This document shows positions 1-8,581 of a DNA stretch of 64,000 nucleotides, in pieces. The notes beneath the pieces are model-generated. The model searched no databases and had not been told where the DNA came from. It was given only the letters and a program-made list of their open reading frames with translations. A program made the translations under genes and the position numbers. Source of the DNA: a virus (lineage: Duplodnaviria; Caudoviricetes); the IMG/VR virus record IMGVR_UViG_3300037400_003286, one strand, 5' to 3'. Every line of letters begins with the position of its first letter. The first letter of the stretch is position 1.

Positions 1-560
1 GTAAGAAAACGACTAATTGTTTGTCTTGATATATTAGGAATTTGTTCAGCAATTTTATAAGCAGATAATCCTTGTTTTCTTAATTCAATTATTTTATCTT
101 TTATTTCTCCTCTTATTAATGCTCTTGATGGCAAATATCCTTCAAAATTTTCTCTTGCTGTTATTATAGATTTCTTTCCTCCACAACTTCTACTACAACA
201 AGGATTTGGATGTGTACTCAAATCTTTTTTATCAAATAGAAATTCTGTTCCGCATATAGGACAAATACAAACAACCATCTCTTTCTTTACATGATCTTTT
301 CTTATATTATATCCTTTTGATATTACTTGAAGATTCTCTATACGATCATCTGTTTTATCACCATTTATATGATCAACATGATCTCCACCAGCAACGTCAC
401 AATTATAATGACTTGTATATAAATATTTAGCATATGATATTGTTTTCCTTGTTCCATCGTTATGATATAAACAAGACATCCTTCTATTTTCTCTATTAAC
501 TATAACATATACTTTTCTATATCCTTTCTTTTTATAAAATTCTGACAGTTCTATTTTCAT
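1..560 (-). CDS. HNH homing endonuclease (runs off the window edge)
   Basis: Not in the ORF track. Manual translation from ATG at 560 gives MKIELSEFY...DHVDHINGDKTDDRIENLQVISKGYN...CICPICG, an HNH motif plus a Zn knuckle. Confidence 0.85.
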   Translation of the reverse strand, partial: MKIELSEFYKKKGYRKVYVIVNRENRRMSCLYHNDGTRKTISYAKYLYTSHYNCDVAGGDHVDHINGDKTDDRIENLQVISKGYNIRKDHVKKEMVVCICPICGTEFLFDKKDLSTHPNPCCSRSCGGKKSIITARENFEGYLPSRALIRGEIKDKIIELRKQGLSAYKIAEQIPNISRQTISRFL

Positions 561-580
561 ATTATTACTTTATTATTTTG

Positions 581-657
581 TATGGGAGGTGGGGGATGAT
601 CCCACATGCGACCAATTACCCTTTCTACACTTTATAAGAGTGAGGGGATACACCCAT
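581..657 (-). tRNA. Atypical tRNA-like gene with a UAU (Ile) anticodon loop and no normal D arm
   Basis: Acceptor ATGGGTG/CTCCCAT, T arm GTGGG-ATCATCC-CCCAC, hairpin CACT-CTTATAA-AGTG. A D-loop-like TAATTGGT lies after the anticodon arm. Confidence 0.55.
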
Positions 658-672
658 ATATTAATATCATTG

Positions 673-744
673 TACCCCGACCTGGACTCGAACCAGGAAT
701 AGAAGCTTAGAAGGCTACTGGTATATCCCTTTACCTATCGGGGC
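673..744 (-). tRNA. tRNA-Arg(TCT)
   Basis: Acceptor GCCCCGA/TCGGGGT, anticodon loop CTTCTAA, T arm CCTGG-TTCGAGT-CCAGG. Confidence 0.9.
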
Positions 745-749
745 ATCAT

Positions 750-907
750 AAGATCGATCTATCTTATCATAAGAATCAAATCACCTATAGGATTTGGTAT
801 CTATTTCGGGTTGTCATCTTCCCCAACTCTGGCTGAACTCCACACCACTTCCTAAATAGTGAACTATTTCGATACCAAATAATTTGATATAAAGATAGAT
901 CGATCTT
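750..907. ncRNA. Long interrupted hairpin, putative ncRNA
   Basis: Nested inverted repeats: aagatcgatctatctt/aagatagatcgatctt, atcaaat/atttgat, atttggtatc/gataccaaat. Lies between tRNA genes. Confidence 0.5.
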
Positions 908-959
908 TGTTTCTTTTTCCTAAAATTGTTCCCACTATGTCAAAGAACTATTTAAAAAG

Positions 960-1031
960 TTGGCCCGCAGAGGATTGAACTTTGATTGACTGATTATGAG
1001 TCAGCTATCCTAACCTTTAGATGACAGGCCA
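960..1031 (-). tRNA. tRNA-Met/Ile2(CAT)
   Basis: Anticodon arm GCTGA-CTCATAA-TCAGT, GGCCTG/CGGGCC acceptor, TTCAATC T loop. Confidence 0.8.
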
Positions 1032-1038
1032 ATTTTTG

Positions 1039-1112
1039 TACTGGGTACGGGATATGATCCCGTAATCTTCAGCGTGAAAGGCTGACGAGTTAGCCAATTC
1101 CTCCAACCCAGC
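1039..1112 (-). tRNA. tRNA-Glu(TTC)
   Basis: Acceptor GCTGGGT/ACCCAGT, anticodon arm TCAGC-CTTTCAC-GCTGA, T loop ATCATAT. Confidence 0.9.
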
Positions 1113-1116
1113 ATAT

Positions 1117-1282
1117 AACAGGAGTTTATTAGAAATGATGCATCAAAAACACATAGGTATTACTTTGACTCTTACGTTCATTTCATGAGACATAGTTTCA
1201 TTCATTTCTGACAAACTCAAGTACGGCGATTATCCGTAAATCCTGCTACCTATATATTTTATTTCAGGATAAACTTCCTGTT
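1117..1282 (-). ncRNA. Putative structured ncRNA at the head of a tRNA operon
   Basis: Terminal inverted repeat aacaggagtttat/ataaacttcctgtt. Lies directly downstream of a promoter and boxA-like site. Confidence 0.4.
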
Positions 1283-1285
1283 TTA

Positions 1286-1297
1286 TTTCAAAGAACT
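1286..1297 (-). promoter_or_regulatory. boxA-like antitermination site (also at 938-949, 12067-12077, 13216-13227)
   Basis: GTTCTTTGA(A/C)A resembles rrn boxA. The four intergenic copies noted are all in tRNA operons, two just downstream of promoters. Confidence 0.65.
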
Positions 1298-1312
1298 CTC
1301 TTTTGTTTTACG

Positions 1313-1330
1313 TTGCAAATATACAACCTT
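1313..1330 (-). promoter_or_regulatory. Host-sigma (Bacteroidota -7 type) promoter. Copies at 5573, 9042, 13240, 15156, 16579, 19193, 24119, 25503, 33618, 40268, 55936, 58173, 62230; variant at 19717
   Basis: Repeated AAGTTGTATATTTGCAA containing TAnnTTTG, placed upstream of minus-strand genes, usually with TTTTCA further upstream. Confidence 0.85.
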
Positions 1331-1353
1331 TTTTCGAATGTGAAAAACATTTC

Positions 1354-1599
1354 CTATGAAATTTTTATCAAAGTATCATTTTCGTTAGCTTTCCTTATCC
1401 ATCTCATCAGGAGTAGTGCTTTTTCTGTAGGTTTGAAAGCGGCAGTTTCTCCGACATCATGTTTATCAGAAAGATCGATCTCTATCTGGTATATATGTCC
1501 ATCAACTGCATTCAGATGATAGACAGCAACACCACCACTCATTATATACTGTAACTGAGCGATTCCCTTAACTATTGGTTTAATATCCTGTACTATCAT
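1354..1599 (-). CDS. Hypothetical protein
   Basis: 81-aa ORF on the coding strand with ATG start. Confidence 0.7.
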   Translation of the reverse strand: MIVQDIKPIVKGIAQLQYIMSGGVAVYHLNAVDGHIYQIEIDLSDKHDVGETAAFKPTEKALLLMRWIRKANENDTLIKIS

Positions 1600-1631
1600 T
1601 TATTATATGTTTTGTTTATAAAATTATTTTG

Positions 1632-1705
1632 TAGGCGATGTTGGACTTGAACCAACGGTCTTTACATTATCAGCGTAACGCTTTGACCAACTAAGCTAAT
1701 CGCCT
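1632..1705 (-). tRNA. tRNA-Ile(GAT)
   Basis: Acceptor AGGCGAT/ATCGCCT, anticodon arm TTACG-CTGATAA-TGTAA, canonical D and T loops. Confidence 0.92.
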
Positions 1706-1826
1706 GTTTGGTATGAATTTTTAATACTTGTTTAAACATATTCTATTTTTGTCATACCATTATAACTTTTATAATCAATTATATAATTATTATTTTCTCA
1801 TATTATTTTTATTGTAAATATAAAAA

Positions 1827-2537
1827 TTATTTTTTATAAATTAAATCTCTGACTTGCTGTTTAGTATATGGTAAATCTCTTTTTTTACACCATTTTCTTA
1901 TACATGTTGATGAAACGCCATACATTCTTCCTATATCTTCAAAACTTTTTGTTTGTATTAACTTTAATAACTCATCCTTTGATGGCTGATTTTCTGGTTC
2001 AACTTTATATGTTGTTTTTCTATGTTTTTTGGCACAAGATACACATCTAATAGAACGATGTGATATTGGCTTTCCACAGTCAACACACAATTTTATATAT
2101 TTTGTTTTCTTGCTTCCAAAAGTTTCAGTTTGTGTGTGACAATTAGGACAAAGTATTCTTAAATTTTCTATTCTATTATCATTATGATCTCCATTTATAT
2201 GATCTAATTGTAACGTTAATGGTTTACCGTTCCATATTGGCCCTTGGTTGCATATTTCACAAACATCTTCTTTTAAACCTTCTTCAATTAAACGTTGTTT
2301 TAAAGCAGAAGATCTATATGGTCTATCTTTTTTTAATATTTCTGATAATTCTATTTTTTTACCAATTATATCTTTTTCTTTTATGAAAAAATATTGAATA
2401 CCATATTCATCAAGTTTATTTTTCAAAATTTTAACAGTTGTACCAGAAACAGATTTTCCCTGTTTCCTCAATATATCAGTTAAACTTGATGATTCATCAA
2501 CCAATCTCTGTAATTCTTCTTTTTCTGATATTAACAT
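1827..2537 (-). CDS. HNH homing endonuclease
   Basis: CEIC...LQLDHINGDHNDNRIENLRILCPNCH, then a Zn finger and a C-terminal HTH. Confidence 0.92.
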   Translation of the reverse strand: MLISEKEELQRLVDESSSLTDILRKQGKSVSGTTVKILKNKLDEYGIQYFFIKEKDIIGKKIELSEILKKDRPYRSSALKQRLIEEGLKEDVCEICNQGPIWNGKPLTLQLDHINGDHNDNRIENLRILCPNCHTQTETFGSKKTKYIKLCVDCGKPISHRSIRCVSCAKKHRKTTYKVEPENQPSKDELLKLIQTKSFEDIGRMYGVSSTCIRKWCKKRDLPYTKQQVRDLIYKK

Positions 2538-2631
2538 ATTTTACTTTGTGTTATTTTAATATATTTATTCAAAAAATGAAACCCAACAATCAAGCTTTTT
2601 TGTATTTTATCCTAACATTAATATGATCTTG

Positions 2632-2703
2632 TTGTGCTGGATGGATTCCAACCACCGACGCATACGGCTTCAACGTACCGCTCTAGCACTGAGCTACAGC
2701 ACA
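2632..2703 (-). tRNA. tRNA-Phe(GAA)
   Basis: Acceptor TGTGCTG/CAGCACA, anticodon arm GTACG-TTGAAGC-CGTAT. Confidence 0.88.
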
Positions 2704-2772
2704 ATATAAACTATAATTTTATAATTAAAATTCATGTTGCCTGGCCATTTAGCAGAACCGACCAAAACTAAA

Positions 2773-2815
2773 AACGGTCTGTTGATTTTTGTTTATCAAC
2801 AGACCGTTATTTTTT
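2773..2815. terminator. Intrinsic terminator
   Basis: Hairpin aacggtctgttgat/atcaacagaccgtt flanked by A and T runs. Confidence 0.7.
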
Positions 2816-2827
2816 GTTAACTTTATC

Positions 2828-3073
2828 TTATTCTATCAAGGATCGATCTTTTTTCAATTTTCCAATTTTAAAAGTTCTATTATCCTCTGTTATAAGATTG
2901 TCTGTTGATTTATATTCTCCTTGTAAGCCGTACTCTTCGAGCCATCTATACTGGTTAATATGTCCACAGTAAATGCATTCAGGTACAAATATACCCAAAT
3001 TAAACTCGTTATTAAATGCATTGACATTTAATGTAGCGAACAATATGCTTACTATGAGAATAATCTTTTTCAT
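2828..3073 (-). CDS. Small secreted protein (start revised to ATG 3073)
   Basis: Signal peptide MKKIILIVSILFATLNVNA; CxxC motif; GATAAATA motif 7 nt upstream. Confidence 0.65.
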   Translation of the reverse strand: MKKIILIVSILFATLNVNAFNNEFNLGIFVPECIYCGHINQYRWLEEYGLQGEYKSTDNLITEDNRTFKIGKLKKDRSLIE

Positions 3074-3101
3074 TACGTTATATTTATCTTCAAAAATTTT
3101 T

Positions 3102-3272
3102 TTACTCTGCGCAAATTGAATCGGCTGCAACAGAATCTACAACTACACTATCAACAAGTACAGTATCAACTGCTGTGCTGTCGTTTTCTACTGCTTCGGC
3201 TGATTTGCCATTTCCACAACTTGCAAATGTCATAGCTATCATGGCAAATGCTACCAAAAATAATTTCTTCAT
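3102..3272 (-). CDS. Small Bacteroidota-type lipoprotein (56 aa, below the ORF track cutoff)
   Basis: MKKLFLVAFAMIAMTFASCGNGKSAEAVENDSTAVDTVLVDSVVVDSVAADSICAE, with lipobox FAS-C and D-S/T repeats. Confidence 0.8.
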   Translation of the reverse strand: MKKLFLVAFAMIAMTFASCGNGKSAEAVENDSTAVDTVLVDSVVVDSVAADSICAE

Positions 3273-3510
3273 TTTTCTCTTAAAATCTTTTATTTTTAAT
3301 TTTCAATGTATTTATCTCGTTTGAGATATCTATTTATTTATTTCAGTTTTATTTTTAATAATTTTCAAAAACAAAAACACAACCGTCTGTAACATCTTAC
3401 GTCTCAATTTGGCCGATGTTGGACAGCCAACTCCGTTTAGATAAGTTCATTCCTCACCACAAGGAAAGTCGAGTTGGACGGTATACTGCCTCTACAGAAA
3501 GGCTGGATGG

Positions 3511-4464
3511 TTAGTCCACTTTACTCTGACCAGTCGTGTTTTCTTTTTTGTGTTCTGCATACAGATTAAGATAACCATGTGAGTTTCTTTTTCTGTTATA
3601 TACATACACTTTTGGATTCGCCATATATTTATTTATGAATTCCAACTCTTCTGTATAGTCATCCTTTTTCCTTGATACTATATCAGAAAGTTTCTTCATC
3701 TTTTTGAATTCTGTTTCACGATCAACATAAGACTTAATCTGTATTGATATGAAGTTTTTCAAATATTCATATGATGAATCTGTATTTCCCCAGGATGACA
3801 ACCTATTATTAAGTTGTGACATTATATGTTCCTTAGGATAACATTCGTACCAGGCAAAACCGTAGCTTTTCAGGAAATCTCTATAATCAGCAAACTGAAG
3901 GAAATGATATACGTTGATTGTATTTCCAATAATATTGTCATCTGCGAACAATGTTGGAGGTACTACAACATGTTTATCAAAATCCATTATAACATCAATA
4001 AGATGTCTTGATAGAATAACAGAGTTTCCTCTTGCATATATAGAATTCGTCAAAGGACATGGCAATCCAATTGTATACAATTCTCCGCAATATACACACT
4101 CGTCGTTTAAACCACTGTTTATAAATGCGTCAAGCAATCCTACGTTGACAACCGTACTTGTATTTGTCCTGAATATATAGTCATATTCTATATCAAACCT
4201 ATCAAGAAGCTTAAACACCTCATATGTTTTCTGATATGTTTCAAATATGCCATCTCCAGACTTACAGTAAATTCTATGATCATGAAAATCAACATATGAT
4301 CTTTCGCATCCACCAACATATGAATAGTATTCTATATTATCATACTGTCCTTTCAATATTGGTTTAGCCCATGTATCCCTGCAAACAATCTCTTCTTTCT
4401 TGAAGAATGGATCCTGGCATGACATCACAAGTACAACTATCTTTTTCTTCTTTTCTGTATCCAT
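3511..4464 (-). CDS. Glycosyltransferase-like protein (GT31/Fringe-like)
   Basis: Motif spacing VLVMS...RDTW...YDYIFRTNTS.VVN...ADDNIIG. Confidence 0.6.
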   Translation of the reverse strand: MDTEKKKKIVVLVMSCQDPFFKKEEIVCRDTWAKPILKGQYDNIEYYSYVGGCERSYVDFHDHRIYCKSGDGIFETYQKTYEVFKLLDRFDIEYDYIFRTNTSTVVNVGLLDAFINSGLNDECVYCGELYTIGLPCPLTNSIYARGNSVILSRHLIDVIMDFDKHVVVPPTLFADDNIIGNTINVYHFLQFADYRDFLKSYGFAWYECYPKEHIMSQLNNRLSSWGNTDSSYEYLKNFISIQIKSYVDRETEFKKMKKLSDIVSRKKDDYTEELEFINKYMANPKVYVYNRKRNSHGYLNLYAEHKKENTTGQSKVD

Positions 4465-4466
4465 TA

Positions 4467-5033
4467 TTATTGATAATCTTTATCTTGTCTTATACCGTAT
4501 TTATGAAAATATCTAAGTGGCCTCCATTTATGGCCGTTCACATAGAATCCCCATTTATGTCTTGGCTTGCCCTCAAACATTAATGTCCAGGCTCCACCTT
4601 TAGGTATCTTAAGATAATGTCTATCCTCAGCCTTTGAAAACCAGATAGACTGTCCCATATGAAAGAAATTATACCATGAGTTGAATATACCTTCTACGTA
4701 ACAATGTTTTTCGTTGAATACATGTTTCGCTAAATCATATTCATCAAATTCAGATTCTATTGGTCCTTTTAATACAAGATCCTTAGGATTCTTATCTGGT
4801 TCAATTGGTTTAACATTCCAATATTTTCCTTTAATTACTATAGATAGTAAATCTGCCGAATGATCATGAAAATACCTGTTATCATCAGATTTGATCCAAT
4901 GGTGTATTCTCATAGAATATCCGAACAAAATGAAAGTCCATCTGATCAAGTATGGATCATCTGGATAACCAAGCTTTTCAGCCCATCTTATCTGGAAATT
5001 CTTGAATTTCTTTGTGTTGCTTGATCCAATCAT
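4467..5033 (-). CDS. Cupin-like phage protein
   Basis: His-rich pattern YLIRW...IHHWIKSDDNRYFHDH...RH...WTL...KWGFY. Confidence 0.55.
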   Translation of the reverse strand: MIGSSNTKKFKNFQIRWAEKLGYPDDPYLIRWTFILFGYSMRIHHWIKSDDNRYFHDHSADLLSIVIKGKYWNVKPIEPDKNPKDLVLKGPIESEFDEYDLAKHVFNEKHCYVEGIFNSWYNFFHMGQSIWFSKAEDRHYLKIPKGGAWTLMFEGKPRHKWGFYVNGHKWRPLRYFHKYGIRQDKDYQ

Positions 5034-5175
5034 CTCGTAGTATATCTAAAGTGAAAGCCACAGTGCTGACATGCGAATACTTCGCCATGCTCATCAACAG
5101 CATTATTCAGGAAAAACTCAGTTTCCTTATGACATTTTGGACATTTAATCTTCATATTCTTATTTGTTTATTATG

Positions 5176-5304
5176 TCAATGGTGGAGGACTCGAACCCAG
5201 GATATGTTTGCAACCATATCCCTGTTTCCAATCTTCAGCATGTTCAGAATTTGTACGTCTACAACCTTTCCTCGCTGACGCTTTACCAATTAAGCTAACC
5301 ATTA
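5176..5304 (-). ncRNA. tRNA-like gene A with an expanded anticodon loop and a T-stem insertion
   Basis: Acceptor TAATGGT/ACCATTG, D arm, TCAGC/GCTGA stem around a 34-nt loop. A 29-nt insert splits the T stem GGA|GG/CCTCC. Confidence 0.75.
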
Positions 5305-5309
5305 TTATA

Positions 5310-5367
5310 CAGAAGTCGTTGTTTGGTCGTTAATTACAGTAACTTGATTGTTTGCTGTGAGACTTCC
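5310..5367 (-). ncRNA. ACAGCAA stem-closed RNA, copy E1
   Basis: GGAAGTC-tc-ACAGCAAA...GACTTCT-G. Confidence 0.75.
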
Positions 5368-5373
5368 TTATTG

Positions 5374-5563
5374 TCAGACGTGTGGGACTTGCACCTTAAT
5401 TCTTGTCTCGTACTAAGTATTTCTACCACGATCGTATTTCCGAAACCAGAATCCGTTTTGAACACAACCTTCAGCATGTTCGAGATTCACGGCGACGTAT
5501 CATTCGTCAATGCTGTCTCTCCGTTATCCGTCACTGACGCTCTACTAATTGAGCTAACGTCCG
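5374..5563 (-). ncRNA. tRNA-like gene B with an expanded anticodon loop and a T-stem insertion
   Basis: Acceptor CGGACGT/ACGTCTG, D arm, TCAGT/GCTGA stem around a 57-nt loop. A 67-nt insert splits the T stem GTG|GG/CCCAC. Confidence 0.75.
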
Positions 5564-5618
5564 TTGTTTCTGTTGCAAATATACAACTTTATTTTGATAT
5601 ATGAAAACGTTTTATGAA

Positions 5619-6059
5619 TTATTTTTCATCATTTTCTTCATCTGGATAATTCTCTGCTCTCCACGCTTCAAATTCATCAGGATACATTATTTCTAACTTT
5701 TCCTTATTATCATGCAGCCACTCAAGAATATCAACACAACAATCTATAAGATCATCACTCTGACGTGTATTGATCATCTTTCCATATGCTATCTGTTCCT
5801 TTAATATATCAAGATAGTTAAAATACGTACCATACTCATTTCTGGTTGCAAGATATGCTGGAAGCATGTTTATAAGTTTCTGTAGACTCCACGCTGGGAC
5901 AGATCTTGGATGATCATAATTATAGTTTCCTACTTTTAAATAATCACAAGCTGTACAGAATCCAGGTGAAGGCGCATAGTACATATCTGATGAAGAAGGA
6001 TCGATCCCTATTTCAATAAGTTTCTTACTCTGCTCTATATCAGTACAAATCTTACACAT
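5619..6059 (-). CDS. Hypothetical phage protein
   Basis: 146-aa ORF; PAWSL motif. Confidence 0.75.
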   Translation of the reverse strand: MCKICTDIEQSKKLIEIGIDPSSSDMYYAPSPGFCTACDYLKVGNYNYDHPRSVPAWSLQKLINMLPAYLATRNEYGTYFNYLDILKEQIAYGKMINTRQSDDLIDCCVDILEWLHDNKEKLEIMYPDEFEAWRAENYPDEENDEK

Positions 6060-6063
6060 ATAA

Positions 6064-6561
6064 TCAATTATCTATAACAATCGAAAAAATACCGTTAGTT
6101 AAATTCTCACATCTCTTCAGATACTCATACTCTTCCTTAGTCACCTGAGTTGTCCTACCGAAAAACTCATTTGAGTTTTCACGAGAATCAAGCTTGATAT
6201 AAACATCAATCATTTGATCAACTTTTCTATCCTCACGCTGACCAGGAATCTCTTCTATATTATCATCACTCCACTCAAAATCATCCCAACCCACCGAATA
6301 GCAAGTAAGCGTATGCTTATCACAATCAATCAAATATGCATAATCCTCATCTCCGTGCTGTCCTGATGTAAATTCATAACTTGAATCTTCATCATTTAGT
6401 GTCTTTGATATATACTTCTGGTTCCAATTCTCATCTCCAACATGTGAAAGGAAATCAAGAAGTTCACTTCCTACCCCATCAGGATAACCATCACAGTGAT
6501 GATACATCCATACGTCATTCTTACCTTTCTTTGCTATCTTAATAGTTGCTCGTGTACTCAT
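6064..6561 (-). CDS. Conserved-looking hypothetical phage protein
   Basis: Motif pattern MSTRATI...YHHCDGYP.GVG...HGDEDYAY. Confidence 0.75.
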   Translation of the reverse strand: MSTRATIKIAKKGKNDVWMYHHCDGYPDGVGSELLDFLSHVGDENWNQKYISKTLNDEDSSYEFTSGQHGDEDYAYLIDCDKHTLTCYSVGWDDFEWSDDNIEEIPGQREDRKVDQMIDVYIKLDSRENSNEFFGRTTQVTKEEYEYLKRCENLTNGIFSIVIDN

Positions 6562-6686
6562 TTCTTATCCTTTATGTTTTTAACTAATTGATAAAGCTGA
6601 TCGATCTCATCGAATGTCATCCCATATCTCATAGCATAATCTATGTTCTAATTAATATTAATTTTAATAAAAATTATTTATAAACC

Positions 6687-7925
6687 TTAATAATCTAAAT
6701 TATATAGATTTTTAAACTTTATTGGATTGAACAGCAATCCACTATTGATTATCTTATCTTTTACATAAGAATCACCAACTACTTTCCTCATTATGTTTAT
6801 CGCTCCATTGATATCTGCATTTATAACCTTTCCTGTATAACTTAAATATAAACCTCGTTTAACTCTTTTACCATTGTATTTTTCGTGAAATTCTATTGAT
6901 TCAAGAGATAACGAATCACATTTACTTGTATAGGATTCTTCATTTGTTATAACTATTATACCAACACATTCACATTTGTATTTCAGCATAGAAATCAATC
7001 TATCATAAGACACATTAACAAAATTCTGATTTGTAACCTTACCCAATTTGATGGAGTCTTTCCAACAATTGTTATAACCTATAATAAGATTACCTATTTT
7101 GTTTTGCATAAGATAATTTACTATGTGTCTGCTTACTTTGTGATAAACATCATCCAACTGATTATATCTTTTATTCCATAACTGATTTATTCTTTTTGAT
7201 TTTTTACATCCATTTTCTTTTTCTAATATTGATTTGTATTTTGATATAGTCTTGTTGAAATACTGGTTCTTTGATTTAATCTGTTTTCCAGAATATATAA
7301 CTGGATACTGATCCTCTGTAACAAGTGTAACAAGATTTGACAAGCCTAAATCTATACTTGCGAATTTCTTATAATCAACATAACATCTATATTCATCAAC
7401 TGTATATATAATTTCTATTTCTGTAAATCCATTCTTAGGATTAACTCTTATTTCGTTAAAATGATCTATACGTTCTTTGTATTCCTTATATTGTGGTATC
7501 TTAATATATAGATCTTTTGAAAAATATATTTTACTGTTCTTTATATAAGCACTTTGGTTTGTATATATGAGTTGATGATAACCATTCTTTCTCTTATACT
7601 GTGGTAATTTAGGGCAACCTTTAAATTTTTCTGGATGATTTTTATATTCTTTAATTGATTTAAAATATCCTTTTACATTCTTATCAAGAGCTTTAAGACA
7701 CTGCTGTGATACTTGAGCTTTCAGTTTCTTATAGTTTATTTCCCCATCCAGATTTACAAGATTATACATATATTTGTTCAAATCATAATATGAAACATAT
7801 TTGTTGTCTTTAAGCATTTGATTTACATAATATAATGCCTGGTTATACAAATCCTTTGAATATCTGCATAACTCAAACAACTTATCATTGTTTTCATAAT
7901 TATTGAACTTATACACTAATCTCAT
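6687..7925 (-). CDS. tnpB: TnpB RNA-guided endonuclease
   Basis: LYNQALY N-terminus, SIDLGL (RuvC-I), EESYTSK, NADINGAINI (RuvC-III). Confidence 0.92.
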   Translation of the reverse strand: MRLVYKFNNYENNDKLFELCRYSKDLYNQALYYVNQMLKDNKYVSYYDLNKYMYNLVNLDGEINYKKLKAQVSQQCLKALDKNVKGYFKSIKEYKNHPEKFKGCPKLPQYKRKNGYHQLIYTNQSAYIKNSKIYFSKDLYIKIPQYKEYKERIDHFNEIRVNPKNGFTEIEIIYTVDEYRCYVDYKKFASIDLGLSNLVTLVTEDQYPVIYSGKQIKSKNQYFNKTISKYKSILEKENGCKKSKRINQLWNKRYNQLDDVYHKVSRHIVNYLMQNKIGNLIIGYNNCWKDSIKLGKVTNQNFVNVSYDRLISMLKYKCECVGIIVITNEESYTSKCDSLSLESIEFHEKYNGKRVKRGLYLSYTGKVINADINGAINIMRKVVGDSYVKDKIINSGLLFNPIKFKNLYNLDY

Positions 7926-8514
7926 TTGTTAAGTCGTCCTCAAGTATCATCATTTTCTTTTTTCTTCTTGCAGAATACATTCTCGTAGAAAAACAATGTA
8001 TTAAAGAAATTATATCTGAAAATATTTCTTTCTCATCGTTTTCTGAATTTATCTGTCCGTTTACAACAATAAGTTCGCAGTTGAAGTTCTTAAACAAATC
8101 TCTCCACATATCAAACGATACACGAGTTAATCTATCTTTGTTTTCGATTATAACGGTCTTTATTTTTCTCTCTATTACAAGACTCAATATTTCATTGAAA
8201 GATTTTCTGTCATAATTCAATCCGCTTGCTATATCAGAATAAACCTTATCTACACCATATCCATTTTTATTTGCATATTCAGTTATCCTTTTGATTTGAT
8301 TTTCAAGATCTTTTTTCTGTTTTTGTGTAGATACCCTCGCATATATAACACATTTTCTATCCGTAGATATATGAGCGGCTGATAATACACTATCTTCATC
8401 ATAGTCATATTGACCATTTGGTAAAGGAGTATATTTTATCTTACCGTCTTTAACATATTTCGTCAAGGTTGGTCGAGTGATCTTTAATATTTTTAATACA
8501 TCTTTAGACTTCAT
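7909..8514 (-). CDS. tnpA: IS607 transposase (serine recombinase with N-terminal HTH)
   Basis: MerR-like HTH, IYARVST.KQK.DL, DIASG, DRLTR. Confidence 0.93.
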   Translation of the reverse strand: MKSKDVLKILKITRPTLTKYVKDGKIKYTPLPNGQYDYDEDSVLSAAHISTDRKCVIYARVSTQKQKKDLENQIKRITEYANKNGYGVDKVYSDIASGLNYDRKSFNEILSLVIERKIKTVIIENKDRLTRVSFDMWRDLFKNFNCELIVVNGQINSENDEKEIFSDIISLIHCFSTRMYSARRKKKMMILEDDLTNEISV

Positions 8515-8581
8515 ATTGTTATAATACGTCTTTTTATTATTTATTTTTATTTTATTTTATAAAAATTAATTGTTTTATGTA

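Noticed and set aside
3381-3512. Minimal RNase P RNA or SAM-I riboswitch (AAGGAAAGTC...ACAGAA; AGATAAG)
   Set aside because: The motif fragments are too close together and the other conserved regions are missing.
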